A stretch of 32,000 nt of DNA from Aquifex aeolicus VF5 (GTDB lineage: Bacteria; Aquificota; Aquificia; Aquificales; Aquificaceae), in contig NC_000918.1 of the NCBI RefSeq assembly GCF_000008625.1, forward strand, positions 960,001-992,000, given 5' to 3'. Both the position numbers and the translations under genes were made by a program. Positions within the stretch are counted from its first letter, which is position 1, and each line of letters opens with the position of its first letter. This document shows positions 10,368-19,709 of this stretch, piece after piece. The notes under the pieces were generated by a model. That model did not search any database, was not told the origin of the DNA, and saw nothing but the letters and a program-made list of their open reading frames with translations.

Positions 10368-10380
10368 AATAATTTGGCAA

Positions 10381-10457
10381 CGCGGGGTGGAGCAGCCTGG
10401 TAGCTCGCCGGGCTCATAACCCGGAGGTCGCGGGTTCAAATCCCGCCCCCGCAACCA
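10381..10457 (+). tRNA. tRNA-fMet (CAT)
   Basis: CGCGGGG...CTCATAA...GGTTCAAATC...CCCCGCAACCA; C1:A72 mismatch and GGG/CCC anticodon stem typical of initiator tRNA; CCA encoded. Confidence 0.95.
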
Positions 10458-10487
10458 TATCACCAGTATCTAATAAAATAAAATCCC

Positions 10488-11987
10488 ATGAAAATCCTGA
10501 AAGCCCACGAAATGTCTTCTATAGACAATAAAACTATAGAAGAAATAGGCATACCTTCCCTGGTTCTGATGGAAAACGCCAGCAAAGGTGTGTTTGAAAA
10601 TATAAGGAAGTACTTTCCCGATGCAAAAAATATTTTGGTAGTAGCGGGAAAAGGGAACAACGGAGGAGACGGTCTTGCTTTAGCAAGACACCTTTACTTA
10701 AACGGTTTTTCCGTAGACATTTTTCTAGCTTTTGGAGAAGTAAAGGGTGATGCTAAAACCCAGTTGGAAATTCTAAAAAAAATCGGGATAGAACCTCTAA
10801 AGAAAAAGCCAGATTTTAAAGAATACGACCTTATAGTTGACGCAATTTTCGGGACGGGTTTCCAGCCACCTGTAAAGGGAGAAGTAGCTAATTTAATAAA
10901 GGAAATAAATAATTCAAGTGTTCCGATTGTTTCCATTGATATACCCTCTGGACTTTCCGCCGATACCGGAGAAAGTTTTGAACCTTCCGTAAAGGCTGAC
11001 CTTACAGTTACGTTTCAATTTCCGAAAATATGTCACTACCTTTACCCTGCGGCAAAAAAGTGCGGAAAGGTAGAAGTTGTGGATATTTCAATTCCCGAAT
11101 TTCTGGCAAAAGATGTAAAAAGGGATTTACTCCGAAAGAGCGATTTAAAACCTTACAAAAGAGAGCCGGATACGTACAAAACTAAGGAAGGTAGCGTACT
11201 TCTGGTAGGTGGAAGTGTTGGGAAAACCGGTGCTGTAATAATGAGCGCAAAAGCGGCAAGCAGAGCTGGTGCCGGACTTGTTACCGTAGGAATTCCAAGG
11301 GAACTAAATCCTATTTTTGAATCACTGTTGATAGAAGAAATGAGCTTACCCCTTTCTGGAACCAGCAGGTTATCGGTTTTCTGTGTAGAAGAAATTTTGG
11401 AATTAAAAGATAGATTTCACGCACTCGGTATCGGGATGGGAATGGATAGATATGAAGAGGGACAAGATATAGTAATTAGCTTACTTGAAAAATGGGAAAA
11501 GCCTATTTTGATAGATGCAGATGGGATAAATAACTTGGCGGATTACGGAGATTACACACCGTTAAAAGATAGAGAAATTCCCGCAGTTCTAACGCCTCAT
11601 ATAGGAGAGTTTTCAAGGCTTACAGGATACGACACTAAAACAATTACCTACAACCAAATAGATATTGCTCAAGAATTTTCAGAAAAGAACAGGTGTTATT
11701 TAGTTTTAAAAGGTGCAAGGACTGTTATCTCTACCCCTGACGGAAGAGCTTACTTGTTTGCAGATGGAACACCGGCACTGGCAAAAGGCGGTACGGGAGA
11801 CGTTTTGGCAGGCATTCTCACGGCTTTAATCGCAAAAATGGATACAGAGGAAGCTTTAAAATTAGGTGTCTACCTCCACGGACTTGCGGGAAAAGTAGCA
11901 GAAAAGAAGCTTCATACAGAAAGCGTAAAAGCTACCGATGTTACTGAGAGTCTACCTGAAGCTTTCAGGGAAATTTATGTAAATTAA
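10488..11987 (+). CDS. nnr: Bifunctional NAD(P)H-hydrate epimerase/dehydratase
   Basis: N-terminal [16 protein letters not shown] (YjeF_N) plus C-terminal [11 protein letters not shown] and [19 protein letters not shown]. Confidence 0.95.
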
Positions 11988-12004
11988 TTTTTTAGTTTTA
12001 GTAA

Positions 12005-12094
12005 GACGGGGTGGCCGAGCGGACGAAGGCGGGGGACTCGAAATCCCTTGGCGGGTTACCAGCCCGCCCGTGGGTTCGAATCCCACCCCCGTCG
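12005..12094 (+). tRNA. tRNA-Ser (CGA)
   Basis: GACGGGG/CCCCGTC acceptor, anticodon loop CTCGAAA, long variable arm, GTGGG-TTCGAAT-CCCAC T arm; CCA not encoded. Confidence 0.94.
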
Positions 12095-12095
12095 C

Positions 12096-12656
12096 TTATT
12101 CCAAAAACATCGAAATACCTGCAATACCATAAGCTCCGTTCTTATAGCACACTTTTATCTTTTCCCAAGTAATTCCTCCAAGGGCGTAGACTGGTATATT
12201 AACTTTTTCAGAAACTTCCTTCAGCGTTTTTAAACCTATTGGCTGTGCTTCTGGATGGGAACTTGTCTTGAAAATGGGACTTAGTGTTATAAAATCTGCT
12301 CCTTCTTTTTCTGCGTACTTTGCACTCTCTAAGGAATGGGCGGAAAAACCTACTATAAAGTTTGGATTTACTCTCTTTACCACGGAAGGAGGGAAACTCT
12401 GCTCTGGCAGGTGTACTCCGTCAGCCTCTACAGCCAGTGCTATGTCAAACCTTTCGTTTATTAAGAGGAGCGCCTTATACTTTTTCGTCAAAGCCCGTAC
12501 TTCCTTTGCAAGTTTATAGAGTTCCCTGTCTTTTAAATCTTTTTCCCTCAGTTGAACCATCCGAACGCCTTTCTTAAGAATTTTTTCTAACGTTTCTAAA
12601 AAGTTTTCTCCGTACTTCTTCCTATCAGTTATCGCGTAAAGCCTTGGCAGTTCCAT
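12096..12656 (-). CDS. thiE: Thiamine-phosphate synthase/TenI-like protein
   Basis: RLYAITDR, MVQLREKDL, DGVHLPEQS, PVYALGGIT. Confidence 0.85.
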   Translation of the reverse strand: MELPRLYAITDRKKYGENFLETLEKILKKGVRMVQLREKDLKDRELYKLAKEVRALTKKYKALLLINERFDIALAVEADGVHLPEQSFPPSVVKRVNPNFIVGFSAHSLESAKYAEKEGADFITLSPIFKTSSHPEAQPIGLKTLKEVSEKVNIPVYALGGITWEKIKVCYKNGAYGIAGISMFLE

Positions 12657-12667
12657 AAAGGTTTAAT

Positions 12668-13954
12668 TTACACGTTTCCTTTCTTCTTCCAAACGAGATA
12701 AATCGTAAGAATAACCCTCAGGTTGGTTATTATCGCAAGAACTACGAACAGAGCTTTAATCCATCCAAGTATTGTAAAGATCATTATCATGAAGATGCGT
12801 TCATCCCTTTTTCCGAGGAGATAGCGAAGTTCCTTTATGACCGCGTAAGCGTCTTCACAGTAGGCTCCTTTGTATCTCTCCGTAGAATAGCTCACCATAA
12901 CGCTTCCAAATAGAGCTGCAAAAACCCAAGGCATAAAATCCCACGAAGGTTTTAAATGCATGGCTAAAGCGCTTAAGAAGGCAAAGTCCACGTACCTGTC
13001 GAGGACGGAGTCAAGCCAAGCTCCAAACTTGGTCGTCCTCATCTGAGCTCTTGCGACTTCCCCGTCGAGTCCATCAAGCATGGAGTTTATTTGAAGGAGT
13101 ATTCCCCCGAGAGCAGGAGAAAAGTAAGCCACAAGTGCGGAAAACATACCGAGGAGAAAGGTAAGAACGGTAAGCTGATTAGGAGTAAACTTGTCCACCA
13201 GGTAAGGTGATATCCTCGTAGAAACCTTTCTGTTTAAATTTCTGGAAATAAAACCGTCTCCTACTCCTTTTATTGCAGTTTTAACAAGATACTTTTTCGC
13301 CTTTTCTACGTCTTCTGGTGTGTCTACGTCCATCCAGAAGTATCCAGAAACCTCAGTACACGGAATTTGAGCTCTTTTTGCAAGTTCGCTCATCGTGAGT
13401 TTTTTCTGTTCTTTTAAAGCCTCTTCTGCCACTTCAAATATACTCTCGTCCAGAACGAAAAATCCCGTATCAAAACCATCGTACTTTTCCAAATTTTTTC
13501 CTATATATTTAATTCTTCCTTCTTCACACTTTACTTTCGTCGCTTCATTTTTGTTTATGTAAAGCCCGAGTCTGTCCACGATTAACCCTTTCCCTTCTAC
13601 TGCTTTTTCGAGGAATGCTTTCTCGTAAATGTGATCCGACATTACAACTGCAAACTCGCCTTTAATTCTTCCTTTTGCGAGGTAAAGGGAGTATCCGTTT
13701 TCCTTTTCCGGATGCTCGTTCGGTATAACCTCCGCTTCAAAGTTATGTTCCTTTAAGAAGGCCTTTACCTTTCCCTCAAACTTTTTATTTACAACGATAA
13801 CGAAGTTCTTTACACCTACATCCTGAAGTTGCTTTATAGTCCTGTATAGGAGTTCCCTTCCCGCAACCTTTAAAAGGGCTTTTGGCACTTCTTCTGTGAG
13901 AGGTTTTAACCTGTTTCCTTCACCTCCCGCCAGTATTACAGCAGTTTCTACCAT
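12668..13954 (-). CDS. Bifunctional CTP:inositol-1-phosphate cytidylyltransferase / di-myo-inositol-phosphate-phosphate synthase type protein
   Basis: N-terminal nucleotidyltransferase AVILAGGEGNRLKPLTEEVPKAL fused to a CDP-alcohol phosphatidyltransferase domain with DGEVARAQMRTTKFGAWLDSVLD (DGxxARx8Gx3Dx3D). Confidence 0.8.
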   Translation of the reverse strand: MVETAVILAGGEGNRLKPLTEEVPKALLKVAGRELLYRTIKQLQDVGVKNFVIVVNKKFEGKVKAFLKEHNFEAEVIPNEHPEKENGYSLYLAKGRIKGEFAVVMSDHIYEKAFLEKAVEGKGLIVDRLGLYINKNEATKVKCEEGRIKYIGKNLEKYDGFDTGFFVLDESIFEVAEEALKEQKKLTMSELAKRAQIPCTEVSGYFWMDVDTPEDVEKAKKYLVKTAIKGVGDGFISRNLNRKVSTRISPYLVDKFTPNQLTVLTFLLGMFSALVAYFSPALGGILLQINSMLDGLDGEVARAQMRTTKFGAWLDSVLDRYVDFAFLSALAMHLKPSWDFMPWVFAALFGSVMVSYSTERYKGAYCEDAYAVIKELRYLLGKRDERIFMIMIFTILGWIKALFVVLAIITNLRVILTIYLVWKKKGNV

Positions 13955-13968
13955 TGCATTGGATTATT

Positions 13969-14475
13969 TTACTCCCCGTTTTTTAAGTTTTTGTTTTTGA
14001 GGATTTCTTCTATACAAATCCTTCCCCTTACTACTATGTCTAGTACTCTCAGAATGTCCTCTTCCAGAATATTTGAGAGCTTAACGAGTGCTTCTTTTAG
14101 TTCGGTTGTCGATATGCCTTCCGTTCTTGGAAGGTAAACTACTTCACAGTACTCTTTAAGGTAATCGAACTTCCCCTTCCAGTCGTCTCCCATAACGAAT
14201 ACATCAACGTTGTACTTCTTTATGTCCTCTATCTTCTGCTCCCAGTTCCTTTCGGGAATTACCAGATCCACATACTTAATGGAACGTACTATTTCCGCCC
14301 TGTGCTCGTAAGGGTAAACAGATTTCTTTCCTTTTATAGCGTTAAACTCGTCCGTGGAAACTCCCACTATGAGAAAGTCTCCGAGGGCTTTTGCCCTCTT
14401 CAGTAAGTTCAGATGTCCTATATGAAATAAATCAAAAGTTCCGTAAGTAATGACAACCTTTCCCTTTTTATTCAT
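13969..14475 (-). CDS. TagD/RfaE-like cytidylyltransferase family protein
   Basis: TYGTFDLFHIGHLNLLKRAKALGD (HxGH), late ISTTELK motif; ~35-aa C-terminal extension. Confidence 0.85.
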   Translation of the reverse strand: MNKKGKVVITYGTFDLFHIGHLNLLKRAKALGDFLIVGVSTDEFNAIKGKKSVYPYEHRAEIVRSIKYVDLVIPERNWEQKIEDIKKYNVDVFVMGDDWKGKFDYLKEYCEVVYLPRTEGISTTELKEALVKLSNILEEDILRVLDIVVRGRICIEEILKNKNLKNGE

Positions 14476-14542
14476 AGTATTGAGATTTTACACCCTGATG
14501 TTTCCTGTTAAAATTTTTTTAAAACTTTTGAGAGGTGATGAT

Positions 14543-15232
14543 ATGGAGATACAGACTTTAGTTCGTTCAGATAAAAAACTCACTCCTGAAAATGTAAGGG
14601 AATTTTTAAAAGAAAATTATCCCGAAAAGTATAAACTCATAGAAAACTGGGAAGAACTGCAAGGAGAGTTTGATGTTCAAAAGCTGGGAGGAAACGAGTA
14701 CTTAGTCATATACAGAATCCCCGAAAAGGAGTTTGAAAAGGAACTCGGAATATTCCAAAGTGTTGAAGAGGCGATGGGTGCCTTCCTTTCCACAGCACTA
14801 GAACACGGATGGGAAGAAGTCCCTAAGAACTACGTGATATACCACGCAGATTTTGTTGAAGGCGGAAACAAGTTAATAGCAGCGATAAAGACTGAAGAAG
14901 GTATATCTACTTACGACCAGTTGAAGTTAGAAGAGATGATGAAGAAGATGGTCAGGTATCCGAGGGTTGTAGTTTACTCTTCAGACGTACTTACGTATAT
15001 AAAGGATATATACCCCGACGTTCAGAGTAAGGCTTACGTAATAGCAAGGGAAATCGCAAAGGAAACGGGAAGTGCCCCAGAACTCGAAGAACTCGGAAAA
15101 ATATACGGCGTGGACACGTCTACTCTGGAAGGAAAACTGGAGCTTATAGAAAAGCTACTCCAGAACCCCGTAAAACTTCCCGGTGGTAAAGAAGTAAACC
15201 TGAAACCGTACTGGTATCCTCTGGAAGCATGA
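14543..15232 (+). CDS. Hypothetical protein
   Basis: ORF opens at 14450, but ATG at 14543 preceded by GAGGTGAT is the likely start ([18 protein letters not shown]...). Confidence 0.75.
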   Translation: MEIQTLVRSDKKLTPENVREFLKENYPEKYKLIENWEELQGEFDVQKLGGNEYLVIYRIPEKEFEKELGIFQSVEEAMGAFLSTALEHGWEEVPKNYVIYHADFVEGGNKLIAAIKTEEGISTYDQLKLEEMMKKMVRYPRVVVYSSDVLTYIKDIYPDVQSKAYVIAREIAKETGSAPELEELGKIYGVDTSTLEGKLELIEKLLQNPVKLPGGKEVNLKPYWYPLEA

Positions 15233-15744
15233 TAGCTTTAATCTTCTTCCTGATTCTTTCCTTCTCTGTTTCAAAGGAATTATTTTTAGAAGATCCCCTA
15301 AAAGAGTTCAGTGAGTTTAAACTTTTCTTAAAAGAAGAAAGAGAATATAAAAGGATTTTCCGAATTTTTAAAGTAAAAAGGGATTGCAGGTACGAAGTTG
15401 GATACGCCTCCTGGTACGGACCTAAATTCCACTACAGGAAAACCGCAAACGGTGAGCGTTTTAACATGTTCAAGCTTACAGCTGCTTCGCGGACGTTTTC
15501 CCTCGGAACTTACGTTCTCGTTTACAACTTAGAAAACGGCAAATTTACTGTTGTGAGAATTAACGACAGAGGACCATACGTGGACGGAAGGATTATAGAC
15601 CTCTCTATGGCTGCTGCCGACGAAATAGGTATGCTAAAAAAAGGTGTGGCAAAGGTTCTTGTGATACCTTTAAAGTGTCTCGCACCTTCCACTCAAGTAA
15701 AGATTTACGAGGAAGTAGTAAAGGACATAATGAAAACTTACTAA
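15229..15744 (+). CDS. rlpA: RlpA-like double-psi beta-barrel septal/lytic protein, with signal peptide
   Basis: [43 protein letters not shown]...[18 protein letters not shown]. Confidence 0.9.
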   Translation: MIALIFFLILSFSVSKELFLEDPLKEFSEFKLFLKEEREYKRIFRIFKVKRDCRYEVGYASWYGPKFHYRKTANGERFNMFKLTAASRTFSLGTYVLVYNLENGKFTVVRINDRGPYVDGRIIDLSMAAADEIGMLKKGVAKVLVIPLKCLAPSTQVKIYEEVVKDIMKTY

Positions 15745-15754
15745 AATTTTCCTT

Positions 15755-17128
15755 ATGGAAAAACCATGGTCGGGAAGGTTTAAAGAAGAAACGGATAAGT
15801 TTGTGGAAGATTTCACGGAAAGTGTATCCTTTGATAAAGAGCTCGCCTTTGAAGACATAGAGCAGGATATAGCCCACGTAAAAACACTTCAGAAAGCCGG
15901 CATCCTCACGGAAGAGGAAGCGAGAGAACTCATCCAAGAACTCCTGAAGATTAAAGAGGAGATCAAAGAAGGGAAGTTCCAGTGGAAGAAGGAGCTGGAA
16001 GACGTTCATATGAACATTGAGGCTGAATTAATAAACAGACTCGGTGATGTAGGGAGGAAACTCCACACCGCACGCTCCAGAAACGACCAGGTGGCAACCG
16101 ACGAAAAACTGTACCTGAAGAAAGAAATAAAAGAGGTACTCCAACTCCTGAAAGAATTGAGAAAGACGCTCGTTGAGCTTGCGGAAACAACTGTGGACTT
16201 CGTCATGCCCTCCTACACGCACCTCCAGAGGGCACAGCCCATCAGAGTAGCCCATTACTTTCTGGCTTACCGGGAGATTCTTCTTAAAGACTCGGAGAGG
16301 TTGATGGACACGTACAGACGGGTTGACGAGCTTCCTCTGGGTAGCGGAGCTGTTGCCGGTGTAGACTTTCCCCTCGACAGGTTCTACACCGCCGAACTTC
16401 TCGGTTTCAACAGGGTAACGAGGAACTCTATGTATGCCACTGCGGAAAGGGACTTTATAATTGAATTTCTTTCAAATTGTGCACTCATAGCCCAGCATCT
16501 TTCAAGGCTGGCAGAAGACCTTATAATCTGGAACACGGAGGAGTTTAACTTCGTGGAGCTTCCCGACAAACTCTGCACGGGCAGTTCCATTATGCCCCAG
16601 AAAAAAAACCCTGACGTTCTTGAGTTGATAAGAGGGAAAACGGGAAGGATTTACGGAAACCTGATCGCCCTTTTGACCACCATGAAAGCCCTTCCCATGG
16701 CCTACAACAGGGACATGCAGGAAGATAAAGAACCCCTATTTGACACACTTAAAAACCTTAAAAACATGATAAAGGGTATGACTTTAGTCCTTTCAGATCT
16801 GAGGGTTAAAGAACAGAACATGAGAAAGGCTTCTGGAAACTTCCTGCTTATCACGGATATAGCGAACTACCTCGTAGAAAAGGGTGTACCTTTCAGGACA
16901 GCTCACCACATAGCGGGAAGCATAGTTGCCTACCTACTTGAAAAAGGCAAGAAGTTAGAAGAGATGACTTTAGAGGAGTTCAAGCAGTTCTCCGAAAAGT
17001 TTGAAGAAGACGTGTTTGATATTTTGAGCCCTGAAAGGGCAGCGGACAGAAAGAGGGTTTACGGAGGAACTGCGAAAGAAGAAATCTTGAGGATTATTGA
17101 GGTGGCGAAGGCAGAGGAAGGTTTATAA
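15755..17128 (+). CDS. argH: Argininosuccinate lyase
   Basis: MEKPWSGRF, HTARSRNDQVATD, THLQRAQP, signature GSSIMPQKKNPD. Confidence 0.97.
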   Translation: MEKPWSGRFKEETDKFVEDFTESVSFDKELAFEDIEQDIAHVKTLQKAGILTEEEARELIQELLKIKEEIKEGKFQWKKELEDVHMNIEAELINRLGDVGRKLHTARSRNDQVATDEKLYLKKEIKEVLQLLKELRKTLVELAETTVDFVMPSYTHLQRAQPIRVAHYFLAYREILLKDSERLMDTYRRVDELPLGSGAVAGVDFPLDRFYTAELLGFNRVTRNSMYATAERDFIIEFLSNCALIAQHLSRLAEDLIIWNTEEFNFVELPDKLCTGSSIMPQKKNPDVLELIRGKTGRIYGNLIALLTTMKALPMAYNRDMQEDKEPLFDTLKNLKNMIKGMTLVLSDLRVKEQNMRKASGNFLLITDIANYLVEKGVPFRTAHHIAGSIVAYLLEKGKKLEEMTLEEFKQFSEKFEEDVFDILSPERAADRKRVYGGTAKEEILRIIEVAKAEEGL

Positions 17129-17203
17129 GCAGTTTTTATGGCTTTTCTTATTTACCCTCAATTAAATTTTTGTTAAACTTAAAAATCACTTCGGGAGGAA
17201 GGT

Positions 17204-18252
17204 ATGCACAGTTTCTGGATAAACCTTCTCTTTGCAGTGATAAAGATCGTCGTTATACTTCTTATCGCCCTTGGTATCGGAGCTTTCCTGACATGGGTTG
17301 AGAGGAAAGTCGCGGCACACATCCAAAGAAGACCTGGTCCCATGGTTGTAGGATGGCACGGACTGCTTCAGCCCCTCGCAAACGGTTTAAAACTCCTGAC
17401 TAAAGAAGATCTCTTCCCGAGGTACGGAGATAAATTCCTTTATCACCTCGCTATAATCCTCGCCCTCGTTCCGGCTACGCTCGTGTTTTCTGTGGTGCCC
17501 TTTGGTCCTGAATTTGAAGTCTTCGGGTACAAGGTAAAACCGATACTTTCTGACGTAAACGTGGGCCTCCTCCTCGTTTTTGCTCTCGGTTCTATGGCAG
17601 TTTACGCTGTAGCCCTCGCAGGGTGGGCTTCCAATTCCAAGTACCCCCTCATAGCTTCTATGAGAAAAGCGGGAGTTTTAGTCTCCTACGAAGTAGTAAT
17701 TACCTTCGCCGTAATGGGTCCCATTATGCTTGCGGGTACTCTCTCAACTTACGAAATAGTCCAGAAACAGATAGAGCAAAATTTATGGTACATATGGGTT
17801 CAGCCTATAGCCTTTGTGGTTTACATGTTCGCAGCCCTTGCGGAAATGGGAAGAGTTCCCTTTGACGTTCAGGAAGCTGAGGCAGAACTGGTCACAGGAT
17901 TTACCGTAGAGTACGGTGGTATGAAGTTTGGACTCTTCCCCCTCGTTGAGTGGTACATAGAAGTCTTACCTTGTCTGCTATAGCTGTAGTTCTCTTTTTC
18001 GGTGGATGGTCTCCTATAAATATACCATTTGTAGGATTTGTGGATCCTTTATTTTTCTTGGGTCCTCTATCACCCTTCGTGTGGTTTATTCTAAAAACTA
18101 CGGCGCTCTTCCTCTTTATCCTATGGCTCCACTGGACGCTTCCCAGATACAGGATAGACCAGATTACTCAAAACGCATGGAAAATAATGCTCCCTCTTAC
18201 ACTCTTCAACATTGTTCTCACAGCTGTGTTAGCTCCAATAGTTTGGAGGTGA
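17204..18252 (+). pseudogene. nuoH: NADH-quinone oxidoreductase subunit H, split by a -1 frameshift near 17963-17983
   Basis: Frame 2 ORF 17204-17983 (FLTWVERKVAAHIQRRPGPMVVG... ending VEWYIEVLPCLL*) and frame 1 ORF 17950-18252 (SLTLSAIAVVLFFGGW...) together make one full NuoH; reconstructed junction VEWYIEV-LTLSAIAVVLFFGGW. Confidence 0.9.
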
Positions 18253-18258
18253 TCGGCC

Positions 18259-18885
18259 ATGATTAAGAAGGTAGCTGCAAAGCCTCTCAGCTGGCTTGAG
18301 AGGATATTTTTCATAGATTTCATAAAAGGTCTCAGGATTACATTAAAGAACGCCCTGAGGAAAACTATCACCACTCACTACCCTTACGAAAAAATAACTC
18401 CGCCGAAACGCTTCAGGGGTTACTTTGCACACAAGGTGGTTGACGGAACGGAACCCCAGCCGGCGTTTCAGGAATGGGTAAACAGGTACAACATCTTGGT
18501 TGAGTATGGAAAGAGCCGGTGTGTCGTGTGCCTCAGGTGTAAAAGGGCTTGTCCTGTTCCTCAGCTCTTTGAAATAGAAGGGAAAAAACTCCCAAACGGC
18601 AAAAGAGTTGTTAGCGTCTTTAACATGAACATGCTCCTCTGCACTTATTGCGGTTTTTGCGTGGACGCATGCCCTGTGGATTGCCTTTATCAAACAGACA
18701 TACACGAAAATGCCTCTTACACCAGGAAGGACGCTGTACTCACCCTTGAAATCCTTGAACAGATAGGCAGGGACTGGCAGAGAAGAAGGGAAAGAGAGCC
18801 CGACAGGATATGGATAGACGACGAGCAAAGGATGAAGCTGTGGGGTGAGAATAATGTAAAATTACCTAAACCCGAGGAGGTGTGA
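18259..18885 (+). CDS. nuoI: NADH-quinone oxidoreductase subunit I
   Basis: Two ferredoxin motifs CVVCLRCKRACP and CTYCGFCVDACP. Confidence 0.95.
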   Translation: MIKKVAAKPLSWLERIFFIDFIKGLRITLKNALRKTITTHYPYEKITPPKRFRGYFAHKVVDGTEPQPAFQEWVNRYNILVEYGKSRCVVCLRCKRACPVPQLFEIEGKKLPNGKRVVSVFNMNMLLCTYCGFCVDACPVDCLYQTDIHENASYTRKDAVLTLEILEQIGRDWQRRREREPDRIWIDDEQRMKLWGENNVKLPKPEEV

Positions 18886-19418
18886 TGGGGAGACTGCTTA
18901 TATTTGGATTCTTCTCTATTCTTGCTATTTTGTCCGGTATAGGGATAATCACGCTAAGAAATCCGGTTTACGTTGTAGTAGCCCTTCTTTCTTCCCTAAT
19001 TGCGGTTGCGGGAATCTTCTTCACCGCTGGAGCGGAACTTGTAGGAGCTCTCCAGTTACTCATATACGCCGTTGCGATAGCGGTGTTCTACATCATCGTG
19101 ATAAGTGCCGTCCCGTGGGAAAAGGCGAAAAAGAGCGAATCCCACTACCGTTTTGAGGGACTAATCTCTTTACCCGTGGTTCTCTTCCTCTACATAGAGA
19201 TGATCGTTGTCTTTCTACTTGGAGTTAAGGCTTCTCCCGAGGGAAAAATAGCAAAGTTCATAGAGAAGTTCGGTAATACGGAAGTGATAGGTGCTATACT
19301 TTTCAGCAAGTATTTTCTTGCCTTTGAGGTAGTTTCAATAGTTCTCCTGATGGGTATGATAGGTGCCGTTTTAATAGGTAGAAAGGAGAGTCAGACCTAT
19401 GAAGACGATACCGCTTGA
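18882..19418 (+). CDS. nuoJ: NADH-quinone oxidoreductase subunit J
   Basis: RNPVYVVVALLSSLIAVAGIFFTAGAELVGALQLLIYAVAIAVFYIIVI. Confidence 0.94.
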   Translation: MMGRLLIFGFFSILAILSGIGIITLRNPVYVVVALLSSLIAVAGIFFTAGAELVGALQLLIYAVAIAVFYIIVISAVPWEKAKKSESHYRFEGLISLPVVLFLYIEMIVVFLLGVKASPEGKIAKFIEKFGNTEVIGAILFSKYFLAFEVVSIVLLMGMIGAVLIGRKESQTYEDDTA

Positions 19419-19707
19419 GGCTTTCTTAACGGTAAGCATGATACTTTTTGGGCTGGGGCTAATAGGTATAATCGCCAGAAGGAATTTGGTTACCGTTTTG
19501 ATGAGTTTAGAGCTTGCCCTTAACGCTGTAAACATAGCCTTGGTGGGTGCTGACCATTACTTAGGTCTTGCGGAGGGGCAGATATTTGCCCTCTTTATAA
19601 TAGCCCTTGCCGCTACTGAAGCCGCTGTGGGTCTCGGGATTATAATCGCCATATTCAGGTTGAAGAAGGTAGAAAGTACGGACGAAATAAGAGAGCTGAG
19701 GGGCTGA
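19399..19707 (+). CDS. nuoK: NADH-quinone oxidoreductase subunit K
   Basis: NLVTVLMSLELALNAVNIALVG...EAAVGLGIIIAIFR. Confidence 0.95.
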   Translation: MKTIPLEAFLTVSMILFGLGLIGIIARRNLVTVLMSLELALNAVNIALVGADHYLGLAEGQIFALFIIALAATEAAVGLGIIIAIFRLKKVESTDEIRELRG

Positions 19708-19709
19708 GC

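Noticed and set aside
9722-10417. Long form of efp starting at 10417
   Set aside because: It would run through the fMet tRNA and its promoter and adds 39 non-conserved residues; ATG at 10300 gives a canonical EF-P N-terminus.
12048-12233. ORF starting inside tRNA-Ser (MAGYQPARGFESHPRR...)
   Set aside because: Translation of the tRNA T-arm and antisense to the thiE-like gene; not a real protein.
15605-16009. 134-aa minus-strand ORF spanning the rlpA/argH junction
   Set aside because: Antisense to two confident genes, with composition typical of shadow ORFs.
17960-17985. Programmed -1 ribosomal frameshift in nuoH
   Set aside because: No slippery heptamer and no obvious stimulatory structure around GAAGTCTTACC; a one-base lesion or sequencing error is simpler, so it is reported only as a split gene.
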